Below, one piece after another: positions 25,595 through 38,872 of a stretch of DNA of 64,000 nucleotides (position 1 is its first letter; each line of letters opens with the position of its first letter). A program made the translations under genes and the position numbers. The notes under the pieces were generated by a model. That model saw only the letters and a program-made list of their open reading frames with translations, had not been told where the DNA came from and made no database searches. The stretch comes from Octopus bimaculoides (lineage: Eukaryota): contig NC_068987.1 of NCBI RefSeq assembly GCF_001194135.2, positions 29,167,735-29,231,734 of the forward strand, read 5' to 3'.

Positions 25595-25641
<47 letters not shown>

Positions 25642-25812
25642 TCATTATTATTATTACTATCAGCAGCAGCAGCAGAATCACCACTGTCGGTGAGCTGACA
25701 AAATCTTTAGTATGCTGGTTGAAAAGCGATATTTCATCCGTCTTTATATTCTGAGTTCAAATTCCCCCAGTCACGATTAAATAAATACCAGTTGATCACT
25801 GGGGCCCATGTC
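24979..25812 (+). mobile_element. Array of four SINE family A copies (24979-25125, 25151-25305, 25353-25565, 25688-25812) separated by (GTT), (ATC), (ATT) and (AGT) microsatellites
   Basis: Repeated gttcaaatt..ccgaggtcgactttgc..tcggggtcgat..taatcgact..ccttgtgc; copies 3 and 4 keep the ggtgagctgacagaatc head. Confidence 0.85.
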
Positions 25813-26620
25813 AGCTGAGGGTCTTCCCAACACCTACAGCAAAGAAACTCACTGTATACATTGGTAGGCCCTTAAAACAAACACACCAAAGTGTTCGTTC
25901 ACAAAATCATGTGAAAAAAAGACAAAGAAAATAATGAGGAAAAAAGGAAGGAATATTCACAGCGACAATGCTCTTCACAAAATGTGTGACATACCAGTTA
26001 AGACAATCTTTTGCATTTTCTGTAGGGATCGTAAGACAAGAGTCATTCTCAAATACTCTTCAGTACCGTTTTTTATTATTCCAAGTGCTCCTACAATCAC
26101 TGGTATTGTAATCGTCTTGATGCCATACGTTTTTTTTTCGTTTTAAATCAGGAAATCTTTATATTTTCTGAATTTATTAAATTATTTTACTGAGATATTA
26201 GGACCACAAGTTATGCTCATGTCATTCAATAAACAGATTTTATTGTTTTGGTTTCCACAACAATATCAGCTTTATTTGCTTTAATGGACCGTTCTGTGTG
26301 TACAGGAAAGTCTCAAAGAATCGCTACATTTTCTCCCTCAGTTACGGCTTGATTTTATAATGCCGACATATTATCCAGTGTAGATATTGGCCAACCCTGT
26401 CATGTGTTGGTTTATATTTGACTGGTACTAAAATCATGCACACAGAGATTAAATGGACCACACTTTCAATCTCATCATTGCAGTATCGGAAATTTGGGTC
26501 TACTCCATTTTTCATCACATTTGCTTGGTAGTTCCAGGTCAAAAGGCCCTGAACTTGAGCAATTAAGATAAAGGCTTCGCTCTCTGCCTTCAGCCCCGAG
26601 GTTTGTAGCCACTGATAGGG
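25812..26620 (-). mobile_element. RLE-type LINE 3' fragment (CCHC knuckle and endonuclease C-terminus)
   Basis: ORF 26342-26731 contains QWLQTSGLKAESEAFILIAQVQGLLTWNYQA..PNFRYCNDEIESVVHLISVC..HDRVGQYLHWIICRHY. The minus strand of 25960-26130 reads TITIPVIVGALGIIKNGTEEYLR..MQKIVLTG. Confidence 0.85.
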
Positions 26621-26823
26621 GTGCTTCTGGTCTACTAATGCGCATCCCAATATAGCCATCATTACTACCCGTCTGATAATGGTGCAATAATCACATGCAT
26701 CACAACCATGGGCGCGACATGGTGATATCAAAATAAACAGCGCATTTTTAAAAATAAACTTGTACTCTACAACAGTACAGACTAATCTTTCAAATTAATA
26801 TAAATTTGTTTATTATATTATAT

Positions 26824-26863
<40 letters not shown>

Positions 26864-27298
26864 NNNNNNNNNNNNNNNNNNNNNNNNNNNNNNNNNNNNN
26901 NNNNNNNNNNNNNNNNNNNNNNNNNNNNNNNNNNNNNNNNNNNNNNNNNNNNNNNNNNNNNNNNNNNNNNNNNNNNNNNNNNNNNNNNNNNNNNNNNNNN
27001 NNNNNNNNNNNNNNNNNNNNNNNNNNNNNNNNNNNNNNNNNNNNNNNNNNNNNNNNNNNNNNNNNNNNNNNNNNNNNNNNNNNNNNNNNNNNNNNNNNNN
27101 NNNNNNNNNNNNNNNNNNNNNNNNNNNNNNNNNNNNNNNNNNNNNNNNNNNNNNNNNNNNNNNNNNNNNNNNNNNNNNNNNNNNNNNNNNNNNNNNNNNN
27201 NNNNNNNNNNNNNNNNNNNNNNNNNNNNNNNNNNNNNNNNNNTATATATATATATATATATATATGTATACATACAGATACACACACTCATATATATC

Positions 27299-27331
<33 letters not shown>

Positions 27332-27477
27332 ATGTATGTATTTACATATATATATATTTGTATATGTGTGTGTGTGTGCGTGTGTGTGTGCGTGTGTGTG
27401 TGTGTAGATAGAATACAATGTATGTGTACATGTGTGTGTATGTGCGTGCGTGCATATTTATACATTCTTTTCTACTC

Positions 27478-27632
27478 TAGGCACACGGTCGGAAACTTTT
27501 GCAAAGGGAGCCAGTCGATTAGATCGACACCAGTATGCAACTGGTTCGTAATTTATCGACCCCGAAAGGAGGAAAATCAAAGTCGACCTATCGGAATTTG
27601 AACTCAGAACATTCCTGCCATCTCGCCGCCTT
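27478..27632 (-). mobile_element. SINE family A copy, internally deleted
   Basis: gtcgattagatcgacaccagt..tttatcgaccccgaaagg..aaagtcgacc..gaatttgaactcagaac..ctgccatctcgccgcctt. Confidence 0.75.
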
Positions 27633-28084
27633 TGTGTACTTATACATTGAAATAGAAATGAATAATATAGTGCTATATGTTGATTCTTAAAGATATTGCT
27701 GCTGTCGTGAGAAACTGAAATGAAATACAAGGAGCTGGGGTTGGGTTTCGAATGGAAGAAAAGAGGTTTGCACAAAATGGAGTAGACTAGTGTATATTGA
27801 ACATCATTTTCCCTTCACGGAAGCCTGTATTATGAGAATGTCCAACTGACGTCATACCAAGGCTGAGAAAGTTATATTAAATGTTGTGTACTTCATTGAC
27901 GCGAGTTTTGATCGTGAAGCTTTATAAAAAGTAAGAACGTTTCTAAAGGGATTTCCTGGATATCAAGAACACGGGTCTTTCGTCTTTGAAGAGTTTCATG
28001 AGCATAAATTTTGAAATTTTATCTCCATTGAAAATAAATTAAAAGTTTATTTTTCTGTAGATTAATAGACATTACTAAAGGTAC

Positions 28085-28317
28085 TTACTCTTTTACTCTT
28101 TGATTTGTTTCAGTCATTTGACTGCGGCCATGCTGGAGGAACACCTTTATTCGAGGAACTCGACCCCAGGACTTATTCTTTGTAAGCCTAGTACTTATTC
28201 TATCGGTCTCTTTTGTCGAACCGCTAAGTTACGGTGGTGTAAACACACCACCATCGGTTGTCAAGCGATGTTGGGGGGACAAACACAGACACACAAACAT
28301 ACACACACACATGCATA
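28085..28317 (-). mobile_element. SINE family B, 3' half (runs into a gap at its internal microsatellite)
   Basis: tttcagtcatttgactgcggccatgctggag..gaccccaggacttattctttgtaagcctagtacttattctatcgg..ggttgtcaagcgatgttgg; homologous to 42885-43130, 59985-60200 and, inverted, 29320-29505. Confidence 0.85.
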
Positions 28318-28837
28318 NNNNNNNNNNNNNNNNNNNNNNNNNNNNNNNNNNNNNNNNNNNNNNNNNNNNNNNNNNNNNNNNNNNNNNNNNNNNNNNNNNN
28401 NNNNNNNNNNNNNNNNNNNNNNNNNNNNNNNNNNNNNNNNNNNNNNNNNNNNNNNNNNNNNNNNNNNNNNNNNNNNNNNNNNNNNNNNNNNNNNNNNNNN
28501 NNNNNNNNNNNNNNNNNNNNNNNNNNNNNNNNNNNNNNNNNNNNNNNNNNNNNNNNNNNNNNNNNNNNNNNNNNNNNNNNNNNNNNNNNNNNNNNNNNNN
28601 NNNNNNNNNNNNNNNNNNNNNNNNNNNNNNNNNNNNNNNNNNNNNNNNNNNNNNNNNNNNNNNATACAATTTAATAAGGAGTTTGAAGTATAGCCACGAT
28701 TTACATTGCGAGAGTAAGAACCTAAGAAGTAGGTATACTTTTACATTGAAATGAAACGAAAATAAAATGTATTTTATTTTTAAGCTTCTAGCACCTTTTG
28801 TTCTATATATTCCAAGTTCAATCAATTAAGACTATCA

Positions 28838-29068
28838 CGACTCCTGTGGGAATAGTGAAAATTCCCTGGCTTTAAGGGTATCGGAAAAAGGCCTAGTTGG
28901 AGATTCAACCTTATGAGTTCATTTACAGGGCTTGAAAACTTTGAAGGACCGCTGCAATAAGTGTGTGAATCTGAGAGGGGAATATGCTGAATAAAATCAT
29001 AATTAACTGATCCTCTTGTATTATCTTTTGCCCGAAGCCAGGAACCTTTCAGCACCCCACCCCCTTAT
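28838..29068 (+). mobile_element. Mariner-derived MITE / internally deleted element
   Basis: Imperfect TIRs gtgaaaattccctggcttt and gaagccaggaacctttcagc. The interior encodes a mariner C-terminus remnant, LKTLKDRCNKCVNLRGEYAE*. Confidence 0.7.
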
Positions 29069-29074
29069 ATAAGG

Positions 29075-29505
29075 AGGCGCAGGTATGGAGGTGTAGTAAG
29101 AAGTTTATTTCCTAACAACATGGTTCATGACAAATGCCTTTTACTATAGCTTCGGGTCGATCAAATGTGTTGTCATTGGGTTTGATTGACGGAAACTGAA
29201 AGAAGCCGGTATATATGTGTCTTTGTGTGTGCGTGCACGTTTGTGCGTGTGTGCGTGTACGTACGTGTGGGAAATGTGTGCGCGTGTGTGCGTGTATGTA
29301 CGTATCACCTACCACCACTTGACATCAGATGTTAGTGTGTTTATGTCCCGTAAATTCGCAGTGCAGCAAAAGAGACTAGTAGAATAAGTACCAGGCTTTA
29401 ACAAAATAATAAGTACTGGGGCTGATCCGCCCGACTAAAATTCTTCAAGGCGGTGACTAAGCATGGCCGCATTCTAATGACTGAAACAATTATGAGATAA
29501 AAAGA
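29075..29505 (+). mobile_element. SINE family B, near full length, with internal (TG)/(TGCG) microsatellite
   Basis: Head ggaggcgcagg..gtaagaag.., central gacggaaactgaaagaagcc, internal TG-rich tract, tail aggcggtg..gcatggccgca..atgactgaaacaa. Confidence 0.8.
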
Positions 29506-31264
29506 AAATGACTTATCTTTTGTACTTATCTTTCATTGGAATTGATGTTATGTATATCTGATGATTTTTCATATATACATGAATGTGTATAGGAAAATAC
29601 ACATCATTACGTATAATCATGAGTGTGGTAGCGTAAATACCTTTTGACTAGTTTCTTAGAATTTGCCAATGATATTTCAAGTAATAACATTATTTTAAAT
29701 AAATAAATATGTGAAAAAGACAGCTAAAAGACATGTTGGCAATAGAATATAAAGCGTGGACTGACACTAAAGAACGACATTAAAAATATATTCTCTGGTA
29801 TTTATCGGTGCACTGAGTGAGAGCATGGATAATATATGACTTGATAAGTTCAGGTAATGTTATGAGATGTTTTGTTTTGGAAAATATCAGAGAAAGTTGT
29901 TGTCACATCGCCAGTTTTGTACAAGGCATGACAAGATATATATCATGAATATTTAAGAATCATTTTTAAGACTTTAAAGTGTACACTGAACATATTTTCT
30001 ATAAATATTTATTTAACAACGTTAAAATGATTTTCAGTATAATTTGAAAACAGAATTTAACCATTCATGTTTATAACTGCACTCAGGAAGGTATATGCTG
30101 AAAGAAAGAGGATTTAGAATTTCACTGCGAGTAATATTATTGTTGATGTTGTTGCTGTTATTGTTGCTGATATTGATATTGAATACAGCGTTTGCTGTAT
30201 ATCCAAACGTGCAGACTATTGTTGGTCATAGACTTTCCTGCCATGGCAACTGCATCATTCCTTGAAACACAGCATAATCGACGACTACATTATCCTATGA
30301 ATCCTTTCATTTTAGAGACAACAGAGCCTGATTAGAAAGAGCTTTGACAGCTTTTCCTAGTAAATCAAGGGACTCTACAGAGGCTCCCTCGTTAATTCGT
30401 TTGCTACTTAAATTCACTTAAACTTGATCAATCACGCCTTTAATTACAGGAGTCCTAATCATAACCAAATATGTAAATGTACTTTACCGTGAGTCCTTTT
30501 CTATTCTAACATTAATATATATGCGATTTTAGGAGACTTGGTTGCTTTATCTAGCAGGTTGATAGACCATATAGATGTTTTTACTTGTGTTCGTATTAAT
30601 ACATTTTTCTTGCATGATTCATCTTTGTCTTAAAAAGGAATATTTGAGAAAAGGAATGCAATTTTATAATATTCCATTTTCCATTTTCCAGCTGAATACA
30701 TCGTCGTGAGCACATTTCTGAATTGTTTAAACGTTATATAAAATCAGGCAAAGGTGAACATTATCTCGGCATAGATGTTTACAAATGACTATACACGGTC
30801 GTTTTCTTTATTAATATTATCTAGAAACATGACCTGCTCTACAGGGTCGAAAGTCAACTATACTTTTGTGTTGCTTGCTAATCATTAATTTCAAAATTGA
30901 CAGTTATTTTCTTTATGGAGATAAGATCTGTATTAAAGATTCCCAGTAATTCTATTGTTCCCTGTTCATATAAAATATACCTGTCAATGAAGTCGTAAGT
31001 ACGAATCAGATCTAATTAAAAAGGAATCTAATAGGAATTTTCTGGTTTCAGAGTATAGAGTACGATTTAAAGAACAGTTATTTTTCAGTCTTGTGGCACA
31101 AACATAACGAAGGGGATGATTAGGTAGAAATAGAATGTTAATCTAATACAATTCCGAGATGAAATATACAACAATATCAAGGCGTCTGTACGCGGTCGCC
31201 TAACTTGCTGGATATAGCAATGGTATTCCATCAAACCACTCAATCTTCACTCAAAACAGGTAAT

Positions 31265-31514
31265 GTGTGTGTTGTTGTTGTTGGCACTCCGTCGCTTCCG
31301 ACGTCGAAGGTTCCAGCTGATCCGATCAACGGAACAGCCTGCTCGTGAAATTAACGTGCAAGTGGCAGAGCACTCCACGGACACATGTACCCTTACCGTA
31401 GTTCTCGGGGATATTCAGCGTGACACAGAGTGTGACTAGGCAGACCCTTTGAATTACAGGCACAACAGAAACAGGAAGTATGAGTGGTAGAAAGTTGTGG
31501 TGGAAGAGTACAGC
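31265..31514 (-). mobile_element. SINE family C, 3' part (head lost in gap)
   Basis: About 90% match by eye to 43854-44045 (gatcaacggaacagcctgctcgtgaaattaacgtgcaagtggc..attacaggcacaacagaaacaggaagta). Confidence 0.85.
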
Positions 31515-31642
31515 NNNNNNNNNNNNNNNNNNNNNNNNNNNNNNNNNNNNNNNNNNNNNNNNNNNNNNNNNNNNNNNNNNNNNNNNNNNNNNNNNNNNNN
31601 NNNNNNNNNNNNNNNNNNNNNNNNNNNNNNNNNNNNNNNNNN

Positions 31643-31676
<34 letters not shown>

Positions 31677-32389
31677 TGCATGATCAAGACTTACCTGGAA
31701 CTAATGTAGAATCAGTGTTTATTCATGAGATATAACGTATAAGGGACAGATAATCTCTTGCACATAACTGTGTACTGTAGCACCTTGTATTTTTGACGTG
31801 TGGAAAGAATAGAATTCTACACTGTTGAATATTTAATACCTCGTTGGGTAGTATTACTACACTGTGATATGTGAACGTCACTAGGTTGACTGCGACATTG
31901 GAATAGGAAATTTATTAAATAATTCTATAACGCAGCGCCACTGGTGTTAGACATACCTCCAGACTCTCGGCTGGGTGTGCACTATAGTCTCTCTCATAGT
32001 CACATGTAAGATATAATGAGACGTCTCATAATATACACTCCGTGATTTAATTTCATATTTTACTTTTAGTCATGGTAGTAGTTGACAGAATAGTTAGCGT
32101 CGAAAAAGACTATTGCGGCATTTACATTCTAAGTACAAATCTAACTCAGATCAAAATGTATTTTAAATCATTTTGAGATCAATGAAATAATCCACCAATC
32201 ACGGAGTCGGATCTACTAATCAAGAAACTCCTTCCTTCCAGACTTGAGTCCTGCTACCTGTATTAAAAACAATTTAGTTTTTGTCATGGAGGCAGACATA
32301 TCCACGACTTAAGATTTTCCGCTTGTAATCATAACAACTTTTGTACAACCTCAGCGTGAGGCGTTTCGAGCAAGCCTCTTTTAAGAGTA

Positions 32390-32585
32390 CAGAACAGGCA
32401 GAATCGTTAGAGTGAAAAAGTGCCTCGTGGTATTTACTTACTGAAAATTACATTCTGCGTAAAAAATTCACCGAGATCAGCTTTGCCATTTATCCTTCCA
32501 AGGACGGTAACATAATGTACAAGTCAAATATTGAAGACAATGTAATCGGTGTTACGCTCATCTCCCCCATATTCCTGTCTTGTTA
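32390..32585 (+). mobile_element. Diverged SINE family A copy
   Basis: ggcagaatcgttagag..acattctgcgt..ccgagatcagctttgccatttatcc..aatgtaatcg. Confidence 0.6.
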
Positions 32586-34039
32586 TTATGTACGTAATTA
32601 TTAATTAGTTTTAGTTTTGTGTCTTGGGAATTGTTGAAATAAGTCCTAGACTTATTTGGTGATCAAGCCTTGTTGATTGTACTGCTTCCCAGCATAGTAC
32701 TGGACTTGAGTAGAACTAGAAATATTTTATTGTGCAATATTTTGAAACAAATTATATGAATCTCTCTGAGTGCGATAACATGGTTGCTGAATAGCTTTAA
32801 GAAGTAAATACTGAGAATTGCAGTTTTTAAGGTATAAAGATATTTGTAGGTAATTATCGTGATTTTCTACTACATTTCTGTTATTGATACATCATATATC
32901 TGATTGTCCGCTGAGGATTGTGTAAGCAATGCTTTCAGAAACCAAAATATATTCGTATATTTTACGTCAATCATATCTTCTCTATTCGATTTAATTCTCA
33001 GCGATAAGACCGCAGGAAAATTGTTAACATGCCAATCAGAAAACCGAGCAGAAAACTAAAAATGGGCGTTCGTAATTACACTACTATAACTATATAGCTA
33101 TCTTTCATCAATAGTTATCAAATATTTTAAAAGGAAAATATTTTAGAGTGAATATTAAAAGAATTTCAACAATAGTACTTAATTATATCAAGCGTCAAAA
33201 TTGCGAGATTAGCAGATGTAGGAATGTAGTTGGCAAAACTCTGGCATTAGCAAATGTAGAAATATAATCTCTTCAACACCAGTAAAATACAGCAGCTTAT
33301 ATTATCAAACTTCGACAGCGATTTAAAAAATAACACAAATGCGTGGGTTTTTCTGAAATGTAACTTAGAAGAAATAACCTAAAGGCTACAAAATTTGTGT
33401 TCGTTCTATTGTATTTGATGACTAAGTGTTTCAGGGAAAATCGACTGGCGTTACTATTGCATAGTTAGCATGTTGTAAGCAAATTTGAGTTTTTTTCCGA
33501 TTTGATCCCTTCGCTTGACATTTTGCATTAAAATACATTCCAATTTACAAAGTCTTGTGAGTGGAATTTTGTAGGCATAAAGTGTATGGAAGTTTTCTCC
33601 GATCCTGAATATGCTAACGATTCCCTTGGTGTAAATATATTGCTTTTCATCCTATTGCTATCAGCAGAAACTTTTGATTGCTTTTTTTTATTCCAAAACT
33701 CTAACTTTGTAAAACAGTCAGAAGTAATTTGCAATAAATCTTTACTGACGTTCGAGACATTTCATGCATTGGTGGCATGCATTTGAGCAATACCGTACTG
33801 ACGGTATTGTATAACATATCGACCCCTGATTTTCACTGGTTCTTCAAGGTATCCACCAGTAATTTGACCTCAATGGCTTTTGAAATCAGAACATAATGAT
33901 TCGTGACTAAATACTACATAAAGTTCGTCCGACGCTGTATTTGCAGAATTTTTATTTGGTCATTACATCACCCCCAGGAAGTCGTTCCTGCCACAGTGCT
34001 TCTATAACAATGTTAACAATGAATTTGTACTTAGAGCTT

Positions 34040-34235
34040 AGGTACCTGACCAGATATTTTTAGAGGGTTGGCTTTGTTGATTAACTCAGTACTTCACCGG
34101 TACTTTATTTTCTGAATCTGGAGAGATTGAAAGCAAAGTAATCTCAGGTGAATATGAACTCAGAACAAAAAGAACCGGGACAAATACCGCAAGGTGATTT
34201 GTCCAACGCTCTAACTAATCAGCCAATCTGCCGAA
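34040..34235 (-). mobile_element. Diverged SINE family A copy
   Basis: gtactttattt..gaaagcaaagtaatctcagg..gaactcagaac..gtccaacgctctaac..tctgcc. Further partial copies lie at about 33800-33930 and 34700-34810. Confidence 0.6.
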
Positions 34236-35999
34236 CAGAAATGTCATTTCAACCACTCTACCTTCAAAATGTTTAGAATGATATCACACACTCAGTGATA
34301 GATGTAGGTCACTTAATCAATCTCAATACTGTATTTTAGCTATAATCAGTGATATATGCTATTTAGTATTTAATCAGATAATCTACCACCCAATCTCTCG
34401 TATCAATTCATTGTACAAGTCGATGTGGGCTAGCTTCTGTGATCGCATGTACTGCTGCAAACAGCCACCAAATTCGCCGACAAATAAAAACGAATACAGT
34501 ATAAACGAGTCCAAGGTATATTGCCTAGAATAAAGTGCGGATAGTTATGGCTACAATGCCATTTATATTTGTCCTTTTAGAAATGACCTGAGGTTAAATA
34601 AAAACAGCAAAAATAAATTACTTAATATAGTGACAGTTATTAATAAAGGCATAAAACTAAGAAATTTGGAGGAATGAGTAAGATAGTTGAGTTGTAGTTT
34701 ATTGTATTGTCTTCGGATGAATGAGAATAAAGTGTGACCTTGGCGGGATTTGAATTCAGAAAATAAAGACTTAAATACCACAGGGTCCTCTTTTCTGCCA
34801 CTCCAACCTGCGCCCCATATAATAACTAAAGCAAAAGCAAGTTATCAATATAACATACAACAAAACCTATGAATCACTGAATAACTACTAAAATAGAGAC
34901 ATGTTGGGAACAGTGTAAAAATATAATTAATATGTAAATCCGAAGACTCTCTTTATAATACTCTAATCATATAAAACGTTGATGCGTCTAAAGATTTTAT
35001 CAAACTGATAATGCAGCGATGATTTCATCGTATTGAAAATTAATTGCTTTACAATGCCGTTTACATTACAAATTATTTATTGAATATTCACAGTTGAAAG
35101 CAACACGTATATTTGTATATTTTTGAAAGCGGGATTTTGACATTGCATGACTATGCATAGAAAGTATATGATTTATATCGATTCTGAAACACGATGATAT
35201 ATTCATGCAAGAACAATATGTTTTGTTTATAAGAATGCTTTTATTAGGGGTCTAGTGATTGCAAGCGATATCAAGAATACAATGAGTTTGAGAAAACATA
35301 TTGTTAAGAGAAAACATAAACATTATATTCATTCAAAGCGGCTCTAAATAAAAATACTTTATTTTATTAAGGAAGATAAACGCTAAGGGGTTTCTCTTGT
35401 ATATTTCTAACTAGATTTCAATAACACACTATTTAATGTTCCCGTTTAAACTCTACCGATATTGGAAAGTTTATACACTAGTTTTTAATAATTGGAAGAA
35501 GAGGAATAAGAATTCCTGTATCTAATTTAATTAAAGTGTCGCAACAGTAAATAGTGAATTTTAATCAAAGAAAAATAGGTGAAATTTATTGAATAAATTC
35601 TCAAATGAAATTAGTAGTAAATAGCAGGGGAAGTATCAAATTACTAGATTGTAGAGGCACATGATTTAATGTTTGTTTGATCCTAACTTACCATAATGTT
35701 GCTGACTTTCAGATGAACTTACTTCAAAATCATTTGCCTCAACAAGAATTATTACATCGGAAAAATATAAAAATCTTTTTCTTGGAGGGTGGGAATATTG
35801 TGGATTGAATGGATAAGGGAATAAAAAACAATGTTGAGTCTATGACCAGTAGAGCACCAAATGCCGGAGAGGGAAAATATATATTGTAAGAATATTTGTT
35901 GCTGTTTTTGTTTGGGCTCAAGTCATCGTTTCAGTTAATTAAAGGCGTTCCAGCCACAAAAGCTTTGACCGCTTGCATATCAAGGATTACATTGAACAA

Positions 36000-36500
36000 T
36001 GTTGTCCCTGACTGTACTACAGTACAATTGTTACACATGTCATAAAACAGAATTTCAACTTATAAAGATGAAGCGCACGCAATTGGAGCCCTTGAGTTCA
36101 CTGGAAATATCAAATACCCTACAACTCAGCGTCTCTCCCGGCGAATGTACATGTCGAACATTACTTGTGTTCAATTCTCAGACAGAGAATAGCTTTTCGC
36201 CAAAAAACAACCCTGCTAAGCCTAATCACGGTTTTGTTGCTATACACATATACATCTTAGTCAACATCACGTGAAAGTGTATTCGACTGACTTGAATGTA
36301 GTCGCTCTCAGACACTGTCCAGTCTCTGGCCTATGGATACACCATCTCCTCTCTGCAGCTTCTGATACCTGAAACGTCATACAGCTCACTTGTCTCGCCT
36401 TCTCTCATCATCTGACCTTCGAACTTCTTACTATTTAAGGACCTTCTTCAACAAAACATCAGCACTATGGAAGTACTTCCTTGCACGAGTGGGAGAGGAC
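36000..36500 (+). mobile_element. Highly decayed CR1/Jockey/L2-like LINE 3' end
   Basis: The frame SRLLSSSDLRTSYYLRTFFNKTSALWKYF resembles the R-T..F-F-PRT..LWN-L terminal motif of these clades. Locally GC-richer than the flanks. Confidence 0.45.
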
Positions 36501-37594
36501 ATGGTTAATCATATGAAGGAGTACTGGTGGAATGTTGAAGTGAAAACCTCAATAAAATGCACGTGTAATACACCATAGGTAGTGATGTGGATCATAGAAG
36601 GGAAACTCTGTACAATAGTCGAAATGAGTTGCCACACGGATGCCAACATAAAGCTAAACGTCAGTGTGGAAGAAAATACCGATGCTGAAAAATTGAGTAA
36701 TTTACACTCTACACAGACTACAAGTTTAGATATATATCCGTAATTGCTAAGTCACTAGGATGTGAAACAAATCACCTCAGCGCTAATCTTGAGAAACATG
36801 ACCTGCCTCTTCATAGACAGACGCATATGCATTATTTTTCAATATTTCACACATGCACATAAACATGCAGAAACACCTTGTTGATATTGTTTAAAATTCC
36901 ATTGAAGGCTCCTTGGTCTCTAAGCTAGAAATCCCCCTCTCTTTCTCTTTCCCTTTCTCTCTCTCTGTCTCTCTCTATTGGCAAGATATCTAGATATAAA
37001 CTATAGTTACATACATACAGACATACATATATGCATACATACATGCATGCATACATACATACATACATACATACATACATACATACGTTGAACCCATTTT
37101 TGCAAGTGACGTCTATATTGTGCCAGGTAACTCGTAGTAATGAAAGCTTAGTCGTTTGCATGTATGTTATCCGGGCGGATACGTAGTAGCTCTTTGTTGT
37201 CTTGCAGGTTATGGCTAACCGCATCGATTAATATTTAACAGCTATGACTATTAGGTGTTGTCCCACACGCTGTAAATTCTTCCGATGGATAATTCCTTGT
37301 TCTCTTCGCTGGATGGTAATAATATGTGGAGTGTATATTAACAATGATTATAACGATAGAAAATATTGTGACTGGTACATCCTCAAATTTTCTTTTATTT
37401 TATTTTTCAGTGTCATACAGGATATGTTTATGCTTACGATGACCTACACGTGTTTTCACTTCACAAAGTGTGTGCGGTTGCATATGGAAACGGGCATAAT
37501 TTTCTGTGCTTAAAATAATCATATTTTCCGTTCAGGGTCTTTCAACCAACTATGCAACTGCACATATTCTGTACTTATATATATATGAGAACGC

Positions 37595-37870
37595 ATGGCC
37601 TAGTTGTTAAGGTTTTGCGGTCGTGTTTTCAATTCCTTAACTGAGTAGTGCGTTATGTCCTTGAGCAAAACACTTCATCTCACTTTGCTCTGCGATCACT
37701 TCGACACCCGACGTGTGGTACACCGCGCACCTGTTCAAGCAACCTCGATTTGTGGTGGGAGTTAGCTAATGCACGGCATATATATTTGATCACTATAAAC
37801 GAATCATCTGTGGAGATTAGTTGGCAAAAGCTGAACGTTCATACGTCATCTTCGATGGGAGAGTCCATCG
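37595..37870 (+). mobile_element. tRNA-type SINE
   Basis: gcatggcctagttgttaagg (A box), ttttcaattcc (B-box-like), then gcgttatgtccttgagcaaaacacttcatctcac shared with the 15738 copy. Confidence 0.65.
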
Positions 37871-38816
37871 TATATATATATATATATATATATATTCATC
37901 TTATAGTAAAAATGGATAGATAAGGGTGGAAAATCACAGGAACAATACCATATGTCCAACGTAAGATACAATATGTGTGTTCAATTCCTTCAAGAATCAA
38001 TAAATGAATTTATAGTATTCAGTCTCTAAAGTGTCTAAAAGGTACGGTAAAAAGACCAGCAAATACAACAATAAAAACTTTAGAAATATCATGAATGTTC
38101 NNNNNNNNNNNNNNNNNNNNNNNNNNNNNNNNNNNNNNNNNNNNNNNNNNNNNNNNNNNNNNNNNNNNNNNNNNNNNNNNNNNNNNNNNNNNNNNNNNNN
38201 NNNNNNNNNNNNNNNNNNNNNNNNNNNNNNNNNNNNNNNNNNNNNNNNNNNNNNNNNNNNNNNNNNNNNNNNNNNNNNNNNNNNNNNNNNNNNNNNNNNN
38301 NNNNNNNNNNNNNNNNNNNNNNNNNNNNNNNNNNNNNNNNNNNNNNNNNNNNNNNNNNNNNNNNNNNNNNNNNNNNNNNNNNNNNNNNNNNNNNNNNNNN
38401 NNNNNNNNNNNNNNNNNNNNNNNNNNNNNNNNNNNNNNNNNNNNNNNNNNNNNNNNNNNNNNNNNNNNNNNNNNNNNNNNNNNNNNNNNNNNNNNNNNNN
38501 NNNNNNNNNNNNNNNNNNNNNNNNNNNNNNNNNNNNNNNNNNNNNNNNNNNNNNNNNNNNNNNNNNNNNNNNNNNNNNNNNNNNNNNNNNNNNNNNNNNN
38601 NNNNNNNNNNNNNNNNNNNNNNNNNNNNNNNNNNNNNNNNNNNNNNNNNNNNNNNNNNNNNNNNNNNNNNNNNNNNNNNNNNNNNNNNNNNNNNNNNNNN
38701 NNNNNNNNNNNNNNNNNNNNNNNNNNNNNNNNNNNNNNNNNNNNNNNNNNNNNNNNNNNNNNNNNNNNNNNNNNNNNNNNNNNNNNNNNNNNNNNNNNNN
38801 NNNNNNNNNNNNNNNN

Positions 38817-38872
<56 letters not shown>

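Noticed and set aside
26000-26105. Convincing-looking + strand exon (ttttctgtag..PSAPTIT..G|gtattg, FN3-like)
   Set aside because: The minus strand encodes the RLE-LINE motif IPVIVGALG, which explains the sequence. This shows how easily false exons arise here.
32016-32029. 14-bp perfect palindrome ATGAGACGTCTCAT
   Set aside because: Several palindromes of this length are expected by chance in 64 kb.
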